Assembly: GCA_964513505.1 (NCBI GenBank)
Contig: CAZENL010000003.1
Span: 8-64,007, forward strand
DNA length: 64,000 nucleotides
From: an uncultured Anaerolineaceae bacterium
GTDB taxonomy: Bacteria > Chloroflexota > Limnocylindria > Limnocylindrales > CSP1-4
Direction: 5' to 3'
Part shown: piece after piece, positions 7,761 to 16,209 of the stretch
How the letters are laid out: the number at the start of each line of letters is the position of its first letter
How positions within the stretch are numbered: the first letter of the stretch is position 1
Made by a program: the position numbers and the translations under genes
Notes under the pieces: generated by a model
The model's database searches: none
The model's input: the letters and a program-made list of their open reading frames with translations, nothing else
What the model was told of the DNA's origin: nothing

Positions 7761-9074
7761 ATGACCGAATCGTCCCTGAACCTCGGCGATGGCACCTCGG
7801 CGCAGCCCGGGCAGCAATTGGCCGCCGCGGCGGCGCCGGCCACAACCGACGCGGCGACCCTGGAAGCGGCCACCCAGACGGCCACCCTGACCCTCACACC
7901 GCCGGACGCCGTGACCGCCGTGGCGCCGGACCAGGCCGCAGGCGCGGTCAAGCTTGACCCCGCCGAGACCGCCAAGCTGGACGGCATGGTGACGCGCTAC
8001 CTGGATGCCGTGACCACGCTGGACGTCCACGACGCGGCCTTCCAGGCCAAGGTGGACGACATCCAGAAGCTCGGCGACGCGGACATCAAGGCATCGGCGC
8101 AGGTCTCCAACCGGCTGCTGGACAAGCCGCTGGCGGCCATGTCGCAGGGTGGCGTTGGCGAGGGTTCGTCGATCTCCAAGTCGCTGCTCAACCTGCGCCA
8201 CACGGTCGAGGACCTGGACCCCTCCAGCGAGGGCGACCTGCTTTCCCCGCACAAGATCCTGGGCATCATCCCCTTCGGCGACAAGGTGCGCGACTACTTC
8301 CAGAAATACCAGTCCAGCCAGGCGCACCTCAACGCGATCATCACGTCGCTCTACCAGGGACAGGACGAGCTCCAGAAGGACAACGCGGACATCGAGCAGG
8401 AGAAGGCCAACCTGTGGGCCACCATGGGCCGCCTGCGGCAGTACGTCTACCTGGGCCAGAAGCTGGACGCGGCCCTGACCGCCCGCATCGCCACCATCGG
8501 GGCGACGGACGCGGATCGAGCCAAGGTGCTCAATGACGACCTGCTGTTCCCCGTCCGCCAGAAGGTCCAGGACCTGCTCACCCAGCTGGCCGTGAGCGTC
8601 CAGGGCTACCTGGCGCTTGACCTGATCCGGCGCAACAACGTCGAGTTGATCAAGGGCGTCGACCGCGCCACCACCACCACGGTCTCCGCACTGCGCACGG
8701 CGATCATCGTGGCCCAGGCCCTGGGCGACCAGAAGCTGGTGCTTGACCAGATCACGGCGCTCAACACCACCACCGGCTCGCTGATCGAGTCGACCGGCAA
8801 GATGCTGCGCCAGCAGTCGGCCGACATCAGCAAGCAGGCGTCGTCGGCGACCGTGGACGTGGCCAAGCTCCAGCAGGCGTTCCAGGACATCTACGCCACC
8901 ATGGACGAGATCGACGGCTTCAAGGTCAAGGCGCTGGACAACCTGGAGCAGACGATCACCGCGCTCTCGACCGAGATCGACAAGTCGCAGAGCTACGTGG
9001 ACCGGGCACGCGCCCAGGAACCCGCCACGCCCGGCCAGCCTGCGCTCGGCGACTCGGGCAGCTTCACCGGCTGA
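7761..9074 (+). CDS. telA: TelA / YaaN family toxic-anion-resistance protein
   Basis: An AAGGAG Shine-Dalgarno sequence precedes the ATG. The protein reads as TelA-like over its whole length (e.g. LFPVRQKVQDLLTQLAVSVQGYLALDLIRRNNVELIKGVDRATTTTVSALRTA). The N-terminal ~60 aa are low-complexity. Confidence 0.85.
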   Translation: MTESSLNLGDGTSAQPGQQLAAAAAPATTDAATLEAATQTATLTLTPPDAVTAVAPDQAAGAVKLDPAETAKLDGMVTRYLDAVTTLDVHDAAFQAKVDDIQKLGDADIKASAQVSNRLLDKPLAAMSQGGVGEGSSISKSLLNLRHTVEDLDPSSEGDLLSPHKILGIIPFGDKVRDYFQKYQSSQAHLNAIITSLYQGQDELQKDNADIEQEKANLWATMGRLRQYVYLGQKLDAALTARIATIGATDADRAKVLNDDLLFPVRQKVQDLLTQLAVSVQGYLALDLIRRNNVELIKGVDRATTTTVSALRTAIIVAQALGDQKLVLDQITALNTTTGSLIESTGKMLRQQSADISKQASSATVDVAKLQQAFQDIYATMDEIDGFKVKALDNLEQTITALSTEIDKSQSYVDRARAQEPATPGQPALGDSGSFTG

Positions 9075-9096
9075 CCCTGGGTCCGAGGTCCGATCC

Positions 9097-10662
9097 ATGC
9101 CCCGCCGCCTGACGGCATTCCTGCTGGCGCTGCTTCTGGGCGTCCTCGCGGCCGGCTGCAGCAGCGAGCCGGATAGTTCCAACACGCTCACGGTACTGGC
9201 GGGTTCGGAGCTCCAGGACCTCGCGCCGATGTTGCCGGACATCCAGCAGGCCACCGGCGTCAAGCTCGTGCTCAGCTACATCGGCACGCTCGACGGCGCC
9301 GAGCAGATCGCCAACGGCGATCCCTCCGATGCCGCCTGGTTCAGCCAGGGCAAGTACCTGCAGCTGCTGCCCAACACGGCCAGCCATATCAAGGCCTCGC
9401 AGTCGATCATGCTCAGCCCGGTGGTCATCGGCGTAAAGCAGTCGGTGGCTCGGAGTTTCGGCTGGGAGAACAACCCGAACGTGACCTGGAAGGACATCCA
9501 GGCGAAGTCGGCCGACGGATCGTTCACGTTCGCGATGACCAACCCGGCTGCCTCCAACAGCGGCTTCACCGCGCTGATCGGAGTCGCCTCCGCGCTCTCC
9601 GGCAGCTCGGACGCCATAGACACCGGCACCATCGACACGGCGGCTCTGACGCAGTTCTTCCGCGGACAGACCGTGACGGCCGGCAGCTCCGGCTTCCTGG
9701 CGGACACCTACGTGCGCCAGCAGGATTCGGTCGACGGGATGATCAACTACGAGTCCGTGCTGATGGGGCTCAACAATGCCGGCACCCTGCACGAGCCGCT
9801 CGACCTGATCTACCCCAAGGAAGGCATCGTCACCGCGGACTACCCGCTCATGCTCCTGAACGCGGACAAGCAGGCCGCGTACGACAAGGTCGTGGCCTAC
9901 CTCCGCACGCCGGATGTCCAGAAGCGAATCGAGTCAGACACCCTTCGCAGGCCCGCCGTGCCCGGCGTGGCAGTGGACCCGCGCTTCCCGACCAACCTGA
10001 TCGAGTTGCCCTTCCCGTCCAAGCTGGACACGATCAATGCCCTGCTGACGGTCTACCTGGATCAGATCCGCCAGCCCGCGTCGGCGATCTTCGTGCTGGA
10101 TGTCTCGGGCTCCATGGACGGCGACCGCCTCGATTCGCTCAAGACGGCGCTGAGTGCCCTGACCGGCACGGACACGTCCCTCACCGGCACGTTCGCGCGG
10201 TTCCGTGCGCGTGAGAACGTGACGTTCCTGACCTTCTCGACGGACGTGGATCCGCCGCAGGAGTTCACAATCGACGACACGGATCCGAACTCGGCCGACA
10301 TGCAGGCCATCCGGAGTTACATCGACAACCTGCAGGCAGGCGGTAGCACGGCCATCTACTCCGCGCTCGCCAAGGCCTACGACCTGGTTGGCCAGGCGCA
10401 GGCCGCCGACCCCAACCGGCTCTACTCGGTGGTGCTCATGACCGACGGCGAGAACAACAGCGGCCTCGACGAAGCCACCTGGCAGAGCCAGCTGGCGGCC
10501 CTGCCGGAGGCCGTCCGCAACGTGCACACCTACCCGATCCATTTCGGCGACAGCAGCCCCGAGGCCTTGCAGGCCATCGCGACGGCGACCGGAGGCAAGC
10601 TCTTCGACGCCCAGTCAACATCGCTGCAGACCATCTTCAAGCAGATCCGCGGCTACCAGTGA
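9097..10662 (+). CDS. Lipoprotein with an N-terminal PBP-fold domain and a C-terminal von Willebrand A (vWA) domain
   Basis: The signal peptide has a lipobox (LLLGVLAAGC). MIDAS residues are intact (FVLDVSGSMDG ... VVLMTDGENN). Confidence 0.85.
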   Translation: MPRRLTAFLLALLLGVLAAGCSSEPDSSNTLTVLAGSELQDLAPMLPDIQQATGVKLVLSYIGTLDGAEQIANGDPSDAAWFSQGKYLQLLPNTASHIKASQSIMLSPVVIGVKQSVARSFGWENNPNVTWKDIQAKSADGSFTFAMTNPAASNSGFTALIGVASALSGSSDAIDTGTIDTAALTQFFRGQTVTAGSSGFLADTYVRQQDSVDGMINYESVLMGLNNAGTLHEPLDLIYPKEGIVTADYPLMLLNADKQAAYDKVVAYLRTPDVQKRIESDTLRRPAVPGVAVDPRFPTNLIELPFPSKLDTINALLTVYLDQIRQPASAIFVLDVSGSMDGDRLDSLKTALSALTGTDTSLTGTFARFRARENVTFLTFSTDVDPPQEFTIDDTDPNSADMQAIRSYIDNLQAGGSTAIYSALAKAYDLVGQAQAADPNRLYSVVLMTDGENNSGLDEATWQSQLAALPEAVRNVHTYPIHFGDSSPEALQAIATATGGKLFDAQSTSLQTIFKQIRGYQ

Positions 10663-11444
10663 GCTTGCGCAACCGCCTCGAGACCTTTCTCTATTCGCGA
10701 CGCAACATCGCGGGCAGCCTGCTCGCGCTCGGCGGTCTGGCGCTCTTCTTCACCGGCCTCGTCAGCGGCCCGTTGTGGGCCCCCGTGGTCGTGGGGCTCT
10801 ACGCGATCGGCGTTTTGCTGGTCCCCGCAGAGAAACCGCTGGATCTGAGCATGGACAGCAGTGCCGATGCCGCCGCGGTCCGCGCCGGGCTGGATCGCCT
10901 GCTGGTGAACATCCGAGGGAGCGTTGCGGACGACATCTACGTCCGGGTCGCCAACATCTGCACATCCATCGAGGCCACCCTGGCTGCGGCGCCGACGGAC
11001 CTCGGCACCGCGGATCCCAACGTCTTCCTCATCCGCCAGACCGCACTGGATTACCTGCCCGCTGCCCTCTCCGCCTATCTGGCGCTGCCCCGGAGCTTCG
11101 CGGAGAGCAGCATCGCGGCGGGCGGCCTCACGCCGCACGATGAATTGCGGGACCAGTTGCGGCTCATGTCCGACAAGCTGCAGGAGGTCGCGGACGACAT
11201 CGCGCGCCACGACTCCGACCGGCTCCTTGCCAACGGCCGCTTCCTGGCCGAGAAGTTCGGCACCAGCTCGCTGGACGTGGCTGCGGCGCCGGCCGTCGCG
11301 CTGCCGCCGGCCGACGCAGAGGTCTCGGTGCCCGCGGAGGTGTCCGTGCCTGCCGCAGTGTCCGTGCCAGCCACGGCGGTCGCCGCTCCACCCGTCGCCG
11401 TGGAGCAGCCCGAGGTCGAGCGAGCGCGCGAGCGCACCCACTGA
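10659..11444 (+). CDS. XpaC-like (5-bromo-4-chloroindolyl phosphate hydrolysis protein family) 2-TM helical protein
   Basis: Its GTG start overlaps the upstream stop (GTGA). Two N-terminal TM helices (IAGSLLALGGLALFFTGLV and LWAPVVVGLYAIGVLLV) precede a helical cytoplasmic domain. The family assignment rests on architecture and on the known TelA-XpaC neighbourhood, not on a search. Confidence 0.6.
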   Translation: MSLRNRLETFLYSRRNIAGSLLALGGLALFFTGLVSGPLWAPVVVGLYAIGVLLVPAEKPLDLSMDSSADAAAVRAGLDRLLVNIRGSVADDIYVRVANICTSIEATLAAAPTDLGTADPNVFLIRQTALDYLPAALSAYLALPRSFAESSIAAGGLTPHDELRDQLRLMSDKLQEVADDIARHDSDRLLANGRFLAEKFGTSSLDVAAAPAVALPPADAEVSVPAEVSVPAAVSVPATAVAAPPVAVEQPEVERARERTH

Positions 11445-14251
11445 TGGCGGACACAGATCCGCCTGGTCTGAGCCTGGCCGTCGACTGGCTGCAGCGCAAC
11501 ATCGACGAACTGGCCCAGGTCACCCGGCGCGTCAATGCGCTTCCGGGCGCAACGCCGGGGCCGGCGGCGCCCGGCGTGCTGCCGGCAGTGACGGCCCAGG
11601 CGGGGGCTTCCCCGGATGAGCTCATGGCCGCGCTCGGAGCCGTGCCAGGTGCCGATCCGGCGACGGCTGCGGCGTCCACAGGCCCAGCCGCAATGCCCTC
11701 GGCCGCGCCCGAACCTGCGGCGCCAGCCACGGTGCCCGCGGCGACTCAGCCCGCGGCGACTCAGCCCGCGAGCACCACGCCGCTCCTCGATCAGCTCGGT
11801 CGGGATCTGACCAAGCTGGCCGCAGACGGGATGCTCACGCCCTGCATCGGCCGTGACGCCGAGATGGAGTGGCTGATCGAGGTCCTGTGCCGCACCGAGA
11901 AGCGCAACCCGGTCCTGCTGGGACCCGCGGGCGCCGGCAAGACCTCGATCGTGGAGGGCCTCGCCCAGCGCATCGCGGCGGGCAAGGTACCGGACCTGCT
12001 CAAAGGAACGCGCATCATCGAGATCCCGCTCGGCGGCCTGGTTGCCGGCACGCAGTACCGAGGCCAACTCGAGCAGCGCCTTCAGCAGCTGCTGGCGGAG
12101 GCCTCCCAGCCCGGCATCGTGCTGTTCTTCGACGAGATCCACCTCCTGGCGGGCGTCGGCCAGAGCGAGGGCGGCGTTGGCGCCGCCGAGCTGCTCAAAC
12201 CCGCCCTGGCGCGCGGCGACATCGCGGTCATCGGGGCAACCACGCCGGAGGCCTACCGCGCGTCCATCGAGAAGGACACCGCGCTCGCCCGGCGCTTCAC
12301 CACGATCTCCATCACCGAGCTCACCCGCGACCAGACGCGGCCGATCCTGCAGAACGTCCGCGACACGCTCCAGCGCGTCCGCGGGGTGACCGTCTCCGAC
12401 GACGCCCTGGACGTGCTGCTGGACTTCGCGGACACCTCGATCACCAACCGGCGTTTCCCGGACAAGGCCATCGACCTGCTCCAGCAGGCCGTGGCGCAGG
12501 CGGTCGTCGAAGGGCGGTCCACCGTCGACAAGGCCGATGCCCAGCGCACCACGGAGCTGTGGTCGGACCGCGCGTCGTCGGCGCCGACCCTGGAGCGCTT
12601 CGGCCGGGACCTGATCCGGCTGGCCAAGGCGGGGCAGCTGGGGCCGATCGTGGGCCGCGACAAGGAGATCCAGGCGATCATCGAGATCCTGATCCGCCAC
12701 TCCAAGCGCAACCCGATCCTCCTTGGACCTGCCGGCGCCGGCAAGACGGCCATCGTGGAGGGACTGGCCATCCGGATCGCGTCCGGCAACGTGCCGGCGC
12801 CCCTCCAGGGCGTGCGCCTCTTCGATGTCTCGCTGACGGCCCTTGCCAGCGCCGTGGCCACGGAGCCCTCGGTCATCGAGGACTTCCTGCTGGAGGCGCG
12901 GCACCCGTCCGTGATCCTCTTCCTGGACGAGATCCACGTCATTGCCTCGCCCGACGTGCGCCAGATCGGGGAGGCCCTCAAGCCGGCCCTGGCACGTGGC
13001 GAGATCGCCTGTATCGGTGCCACGACCGGCGAGGAGTACCAGGCCAGCATCGAGCCGGAGACCGCCCTGGCGCGCCGCTTCACGCCGATCGCGGTCGAGC
13101 CCATGGACCCGGCCGGCGTGAGGGCCGTGATGCTGTCCGTGGCCAAGAGCCTGGGCACGCTGCGGAACGTGGATGTCCAGGAGAGCGCGGTGGACCTGCT
13201 CATTGGTCTGGCCGACCGGTTCCTGCCCAATCGGTCGTTCCCGGACAAGGGCGTGGACGTGCTGGAGCAGTCAGTGGCCTACGCGGTCGCCAACGGACGC
13301 AGCGTGGTCGACGAGGCCACGGCCAGGGAAGCCGTGGCGGCCATGGTGGGCATGCCGCTGGACCCCACCGATTCGCTGGCCGCGCTCGCCGCGGAGATTG
13401 CTCGACGTGGACTGCTGGACGCCGCGAGCGCCTCGGCCCTCATCGCCCGCCTCCAGGTCACCATGCGCGGCCTGGACGCCGGCCGGCAGCGACCCGATGC
13501 CGTGGTCCTGTTGTATGGCGGTGCGGCCGGCAACGCCGATGCGCTCGCCGAGGCCGTGGCGCGGACGCTCTTCGGTCGCGGCACGGCCATCGTGGACGTG
13601 GAGCTCTCCGGCATGACCGGCGAGGAGTCCATCTCCTCGTTGCTCGGCTCGGCTCCCGGCCTCGTCGGATCGGACAGGGCGCTGCCCATGCAGGAGCTGC
13701 GCCGGTCGCCATGGCAGGTGCTGCTGCTGCGCGGCATCGACCGCTGTGCGGGCTCGATCAGGGAGACGGTCGCGGCGGCCCTCCAGGCGGGCGCCTTCAC
13801 CGATGCCATGGGCCGGACCATTCCGCTCGGGTCAACGGTCACCGTCCTGACGGCCCCGGCGCTGGATCCGGGAGCGGCCGCGGGCCAGGTGGACACCACG
13901 GCCCTGCTCCGAGCCGCGCTGGGCACCACGCTGGCCGATGCCTGTGACGTGATCACGGGCTCGCTCGCGGGCGTTGCACCGGGCGATCGGGCGACCTGGA
14001 TCCGCAGCCAGCTGCTGGCGCCCTTGGCCGACCGCTTCGAACAGCAGGGCTTCGAGGTCACGATCGATCAGGCACTCGTCGACTGGCTTGACCACCACCT
14101 GCCAACAGACGGCAGTCAGCCGGACGGATTCATCGACCGAACCGTTGCACCAGCCCTGGCAGCCGGGTTGAAACCGGCACACCGCAAGTACCTGGCAACC
14201 GTCACCAACGACGCCCCCACCCTCGTCGAAGCGGGCAAGTCCGCGGGCTGA
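11444..14251 (+). CDS. Atypical Clp/Hsp100-like AAA+ protein (D1 - D1 - degenerate D2)
   Basis: Its ATG overlaps the upstream stop (ATGA). Two complete D1-type modules are present: GRDAEMEW..LLGPAGAGKTSIVEGLA..IVLFFDEIHLL and GRDKEIQA..LLGPAGAGKTAIVEGLA..VILFLDEIHVI. The third, D2-like module has a dead Walker A (YGGAAGNAD) and a dead Walker B (LLLRGIDRC). The N-terminal ~110 aa are Ala/Pro-rich. Confidence 0.88.
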   Translation: MADTDPPGLSLAVDWLQRNIDELAQVTRRVNALPGATPGPAAPGVLPAVTAQAGASPDELMAALGAVPGADPATAAASTGPAAMPSAAPEPAAPATVPAATQPAATQPASTTPLLDQLGRDLTKLAADGMLTPCIGRDAEMEWLIEVLCRTEKRNPVLLGPAGAGKTSIVEGLAQRIAAGKVPDLLKGTRIIEIPLGGLVAGTQYRGQLEQRLQQLLAEASQPGIVLFFDEIHLLAGVGQSEGGVGAAELLKPALARGDIAVIGATTPEAYRASIEKDTALARRFTTISITELTRDQTRPILQNVRDTLQRVRGVTVSDDALDVLLDFADTSITNRRFPDKAIDLLQQAVAQAVVEGRSTVDKADAQRTTELWSDRASSAPTLERFGRDLIRLAKAGQLGPIVGRDKEIQAIIEILIRHSKRNPILLGPAGAGKTAIVEGLAIRIASGNVPAPLQGVRLFDVSLTALASAVATEPSVIEDFLLEARHPSVILFLDEIHVIASPDVRQIGEALKPALARGEIACIGATTGEEYQASIEPETALARRFTPIAVEPMDPAGVRAVMLSVAKSLGTLRNVDVQESAVDLLIGLADRFLPNRSFPDKGVDVLEQSVAYAVANGRSVVDEATAREAVAAMVGMPLDPTDSLAALAAEIARRGLLDAASASALIARLQVTMRGLDAGRQRPDAVVLLYGGAAGNADALAEAVARTLFGRGTAIVDVELSGMTGEESISSLLGSAPGLVGSDRALPMQELRRSPWQVLLLRGIDRCAGSIRETVAAALQAGAFTDAMGRTIPLGSTVTVLTAPALDPGAAAGQVDTTALLRAALGTTLADACDVITGSLAGVAPGDRATWIRSQLLAPLADRFEQQGFEVTIDQALVDWLDHHLPTDGSQPDGFIDRTVAPALAAGLKPAHRKYLATVTNDAPTLVEAGKSAG

Positions 14252-14441
14252 GCCTGCTCGCTATCCCTAGCTCGATGCGGAGTGGCGTGGGGATAACGAA
14301 GCAACGCAGCCGGGTGGCCAACGGGTGGCGGCGGTTGATCGCGTCCCGGCTCCGAAGGCCGTCAAGCCGCGTGAGCGGCAGGCCGAGGAGGCGGGACCGG
14401 CAACCGACGACAGGACCCGCAGGCACGTGACCCGCAGGCAC

Positions 14442-16079
14442 TCAGTCGTTGTAGAGGCGTTCCTCGATCAGCTTCTCCTGCACGGTCCGCCCGTTGGCGT
14501 CGAAGCAGGAGTACTCGAAGTGCTTCTGGAACTCCAGGTCGATCGAGTGCTGGCCGCCGCGGTTCTTCTCCACCGAGACGATGACCCACTCCCGGAAGCG
14601 CTGTGCCTGGTAGGGGTTGAACTCGATGTTGACCTTGGCGACGATGTTGTACTTCTCGTTGAGGATCAGGATGACGTCCGCCTCGTAGTTGATGGCGGAT
14701 GAGCCGCGCAGGTGGTAGTTGCGCAGGCGGGCCGCCTTGAGGCCCTCCTTGTCGGCAGCGACGATCGAGATCATCGGCACGTCCAGGGACAGCGCGATGT
14801 CCTTGAGGCCGTTGACGATGTAGGTGACCTTCTCCGTCTCCGTGTTCGGCTCCGGGATGACCGGCACCTTCTGCATGTAGTCCACGAAGACCACCAGCCG
14901 GCGGTCGCCGGAGAGCTGCTTGTAGCGCGTGATCAGCGAGCGCATGTTCTCGACGGTGCTGGTGGTCTGCGAGCCGCGCAGCAGGTAGAGATTCGGGCCG
15001 TAGCGCGCGATGCGCTCGAGCGCCGGCTTGAGGCGCGGGTTGGCGGACAGGTCGGCCGATTCGCCGCCCTGCGCGAGCCACGTCCCCAGGATCTCGCGGC
15101 GGACGTCCTGCAGCTTCACGCCGCCGGTCTTGGCGGGCAGCTGGGCGAGCACGGATTCCATGGCGATGATGCGGTTGAGGAGGTACTCCTCGTCGTGCTC
15201 GAAGCAGATGTACAGCACGCTGGCCTGTCCACCGAGGACGATGTTGCGGGCCATCTGCACGGCCATGGTGGTCTTGCCGGTGCCCTGCGCGCCGCCGATG
15301 AGCAGCAGCTCTCCAGCACGCAACCCACCGCCGATGGTCTTGTCCAGGGGCGTGAAGCCGAGCGGCACCGGCTGGTACTGGTCCACCGTGCCGGCGCTGA
15401 CCTTGTCCGCCAGCGTGCCGAGGACCTCTGTCGCGGAGCGCGGCTGGACCAGGGCAACCCCCGTGTCCACGGTCCAGGTCCGGTCGTCGGGCGCGGGCGC
15501 GGCAGGCACCGCCTTGGGAGCAGGCGGCATGGGGAAGGGCGGAGCGACGCGAGCCGGATGCTGGGCGAGTTCCGCTGGCTTCAGCTGCGGCGTTGACTCG
15601 CGGGGCACCTGCGGGAAGGCGCGCAGGCCCGCGGCAGCGGGTGCCGCGTCCAGGCGCGCGATCGACGTGGTCGATGGCCAGTCACCGTCGGGTAGCTCAG
15701 CCTCCGCCGCGGCATCGTCCGGGTTGACCTCCGGGCGGGCGGCCCACTGCTCAGTCGTGGCGAAGTCGGACGGCGGTGGCGGCTCGTACGCGGAAACGCC
15801 GTTGCCGGGGACGGGCGACGGTGCGTGCGGCTCCGGATCAACCGCCAGCTGGGCACGCGATCCCGACTCGAAACCGTCTCCATCGTCCTCGAAGGCAAAG
15901 GAGAGCGCGCCCGACGAGACGAACGGATCGTCTCGCTCCATCGGCGTGGCTTCCAGGCGCGGAAGAATGGCCGGTTGCCACGGGCGTGGCGCGTGGTCGA
16001 CATGGGCCGGCGCGGCCGTGCGAACCCCGGCGTCCTCGTCCCGCGTGTCGGGGTGACGGTTGAGTCGGCTGATCTTCAC
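14442..16079 (-). CDS. DnaB-C-terminal-domain (RecA-fold) ATPase with a disordered N-terminus
   Basis: The Walker A is LLIGGAQGTGKTTMAVQMA and the Walker B is LVVFVDYMQKV, followed by a DnaB/KaiC-like C-terminal region. The first ~240 aa are Pro/Ala/Asp-rich and lack the DnaB N-terminal helical domain. The start is either the GTG at 16079 or the ATG at 15941. Confidence 0.8.
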   Translation of the reverse strand: MKISRLNRHPDTRDEDAGVRTAAPAHVDHAPRPWQPAILPRLEATPMERDDPFVSSGALSFAFEDDGDGFESGSRAQLAVDPEPHAPSPVPGNGVSAYEPPPPSDFATTEQWAARPEVNPDDAAAEAELPDGDWPSTTSIARLDAAPAAAGLRAFPQVPRESTPQLKPAELAQHPARVAPPFPMPPAPKAVPAAPAPDDRTWTVDTGVALVQPRSATEVLGTLADKVSAGTVDQYQPVPLGFTPLDKTIGGGLRAGELLLIGGAQGTGKTTMAVQMARNIVLGGQASVLYICFEHDEEYLLNRIIAMESVLAQLPAKTGGVKLQDVRREILGTWLAQGGESADLSANPRLKPALERIARYGPNLYLLRGSQTTSTVENMRSLITRYKQLSGDRRLVVFVDYMQKVPVIPEPNTETEKVTYIVNGLKDIALSLDVPMISIVAADKEGLKAARLRNYHLRGSSAINYEADVILILNEKYNIVAKVNIEFNPYQAQRFREWVIVSVEKNRGGQHSIDLEFQKHFEYSCFDANGRTVQEKLIEERLYND

Positions 16080-16209
16080 GCTACCTCGACGCTGCGGTGC
16101 CCTGCGACTGAGGCGAAGCTACCAGTGGCGGGGCGCGTTCGGCAGCCTTCCGAACCTCCTACCTCCCTACAGCATCGGTACCAACCGGACTTGGCAGGCC
16201 AGGTCCGAA

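Noticed and set aside
6601-10662. Interpreting the two PBP-fold genes as parts of an ABC importer
   Set aside because: No permease or ABC ATPase gene is adjacent. The genes are coupled instead to TelA, XpaC-like and AAA+ genes.
11075-13947. Long ORFs 11075..12937 (-), 11869..13947 (+, 692 aa) and 12253..13248 (-) inside the AAA+ gene
   Set aside because: They are alternative frames of the Clp-like gene. Only the 11444..14251 frame shows the duplicated GPAGAGKT/DEIH motifs.
14414-14441. A direct repeat, GACCCGCAGGCAC-gt-GACCCGCAGGCAC, immediately after the DnaB-like stop
   Set aside because: It is short, has no associated structure or known motif, and could be a slippage duplication. I do not consider it interpretable.
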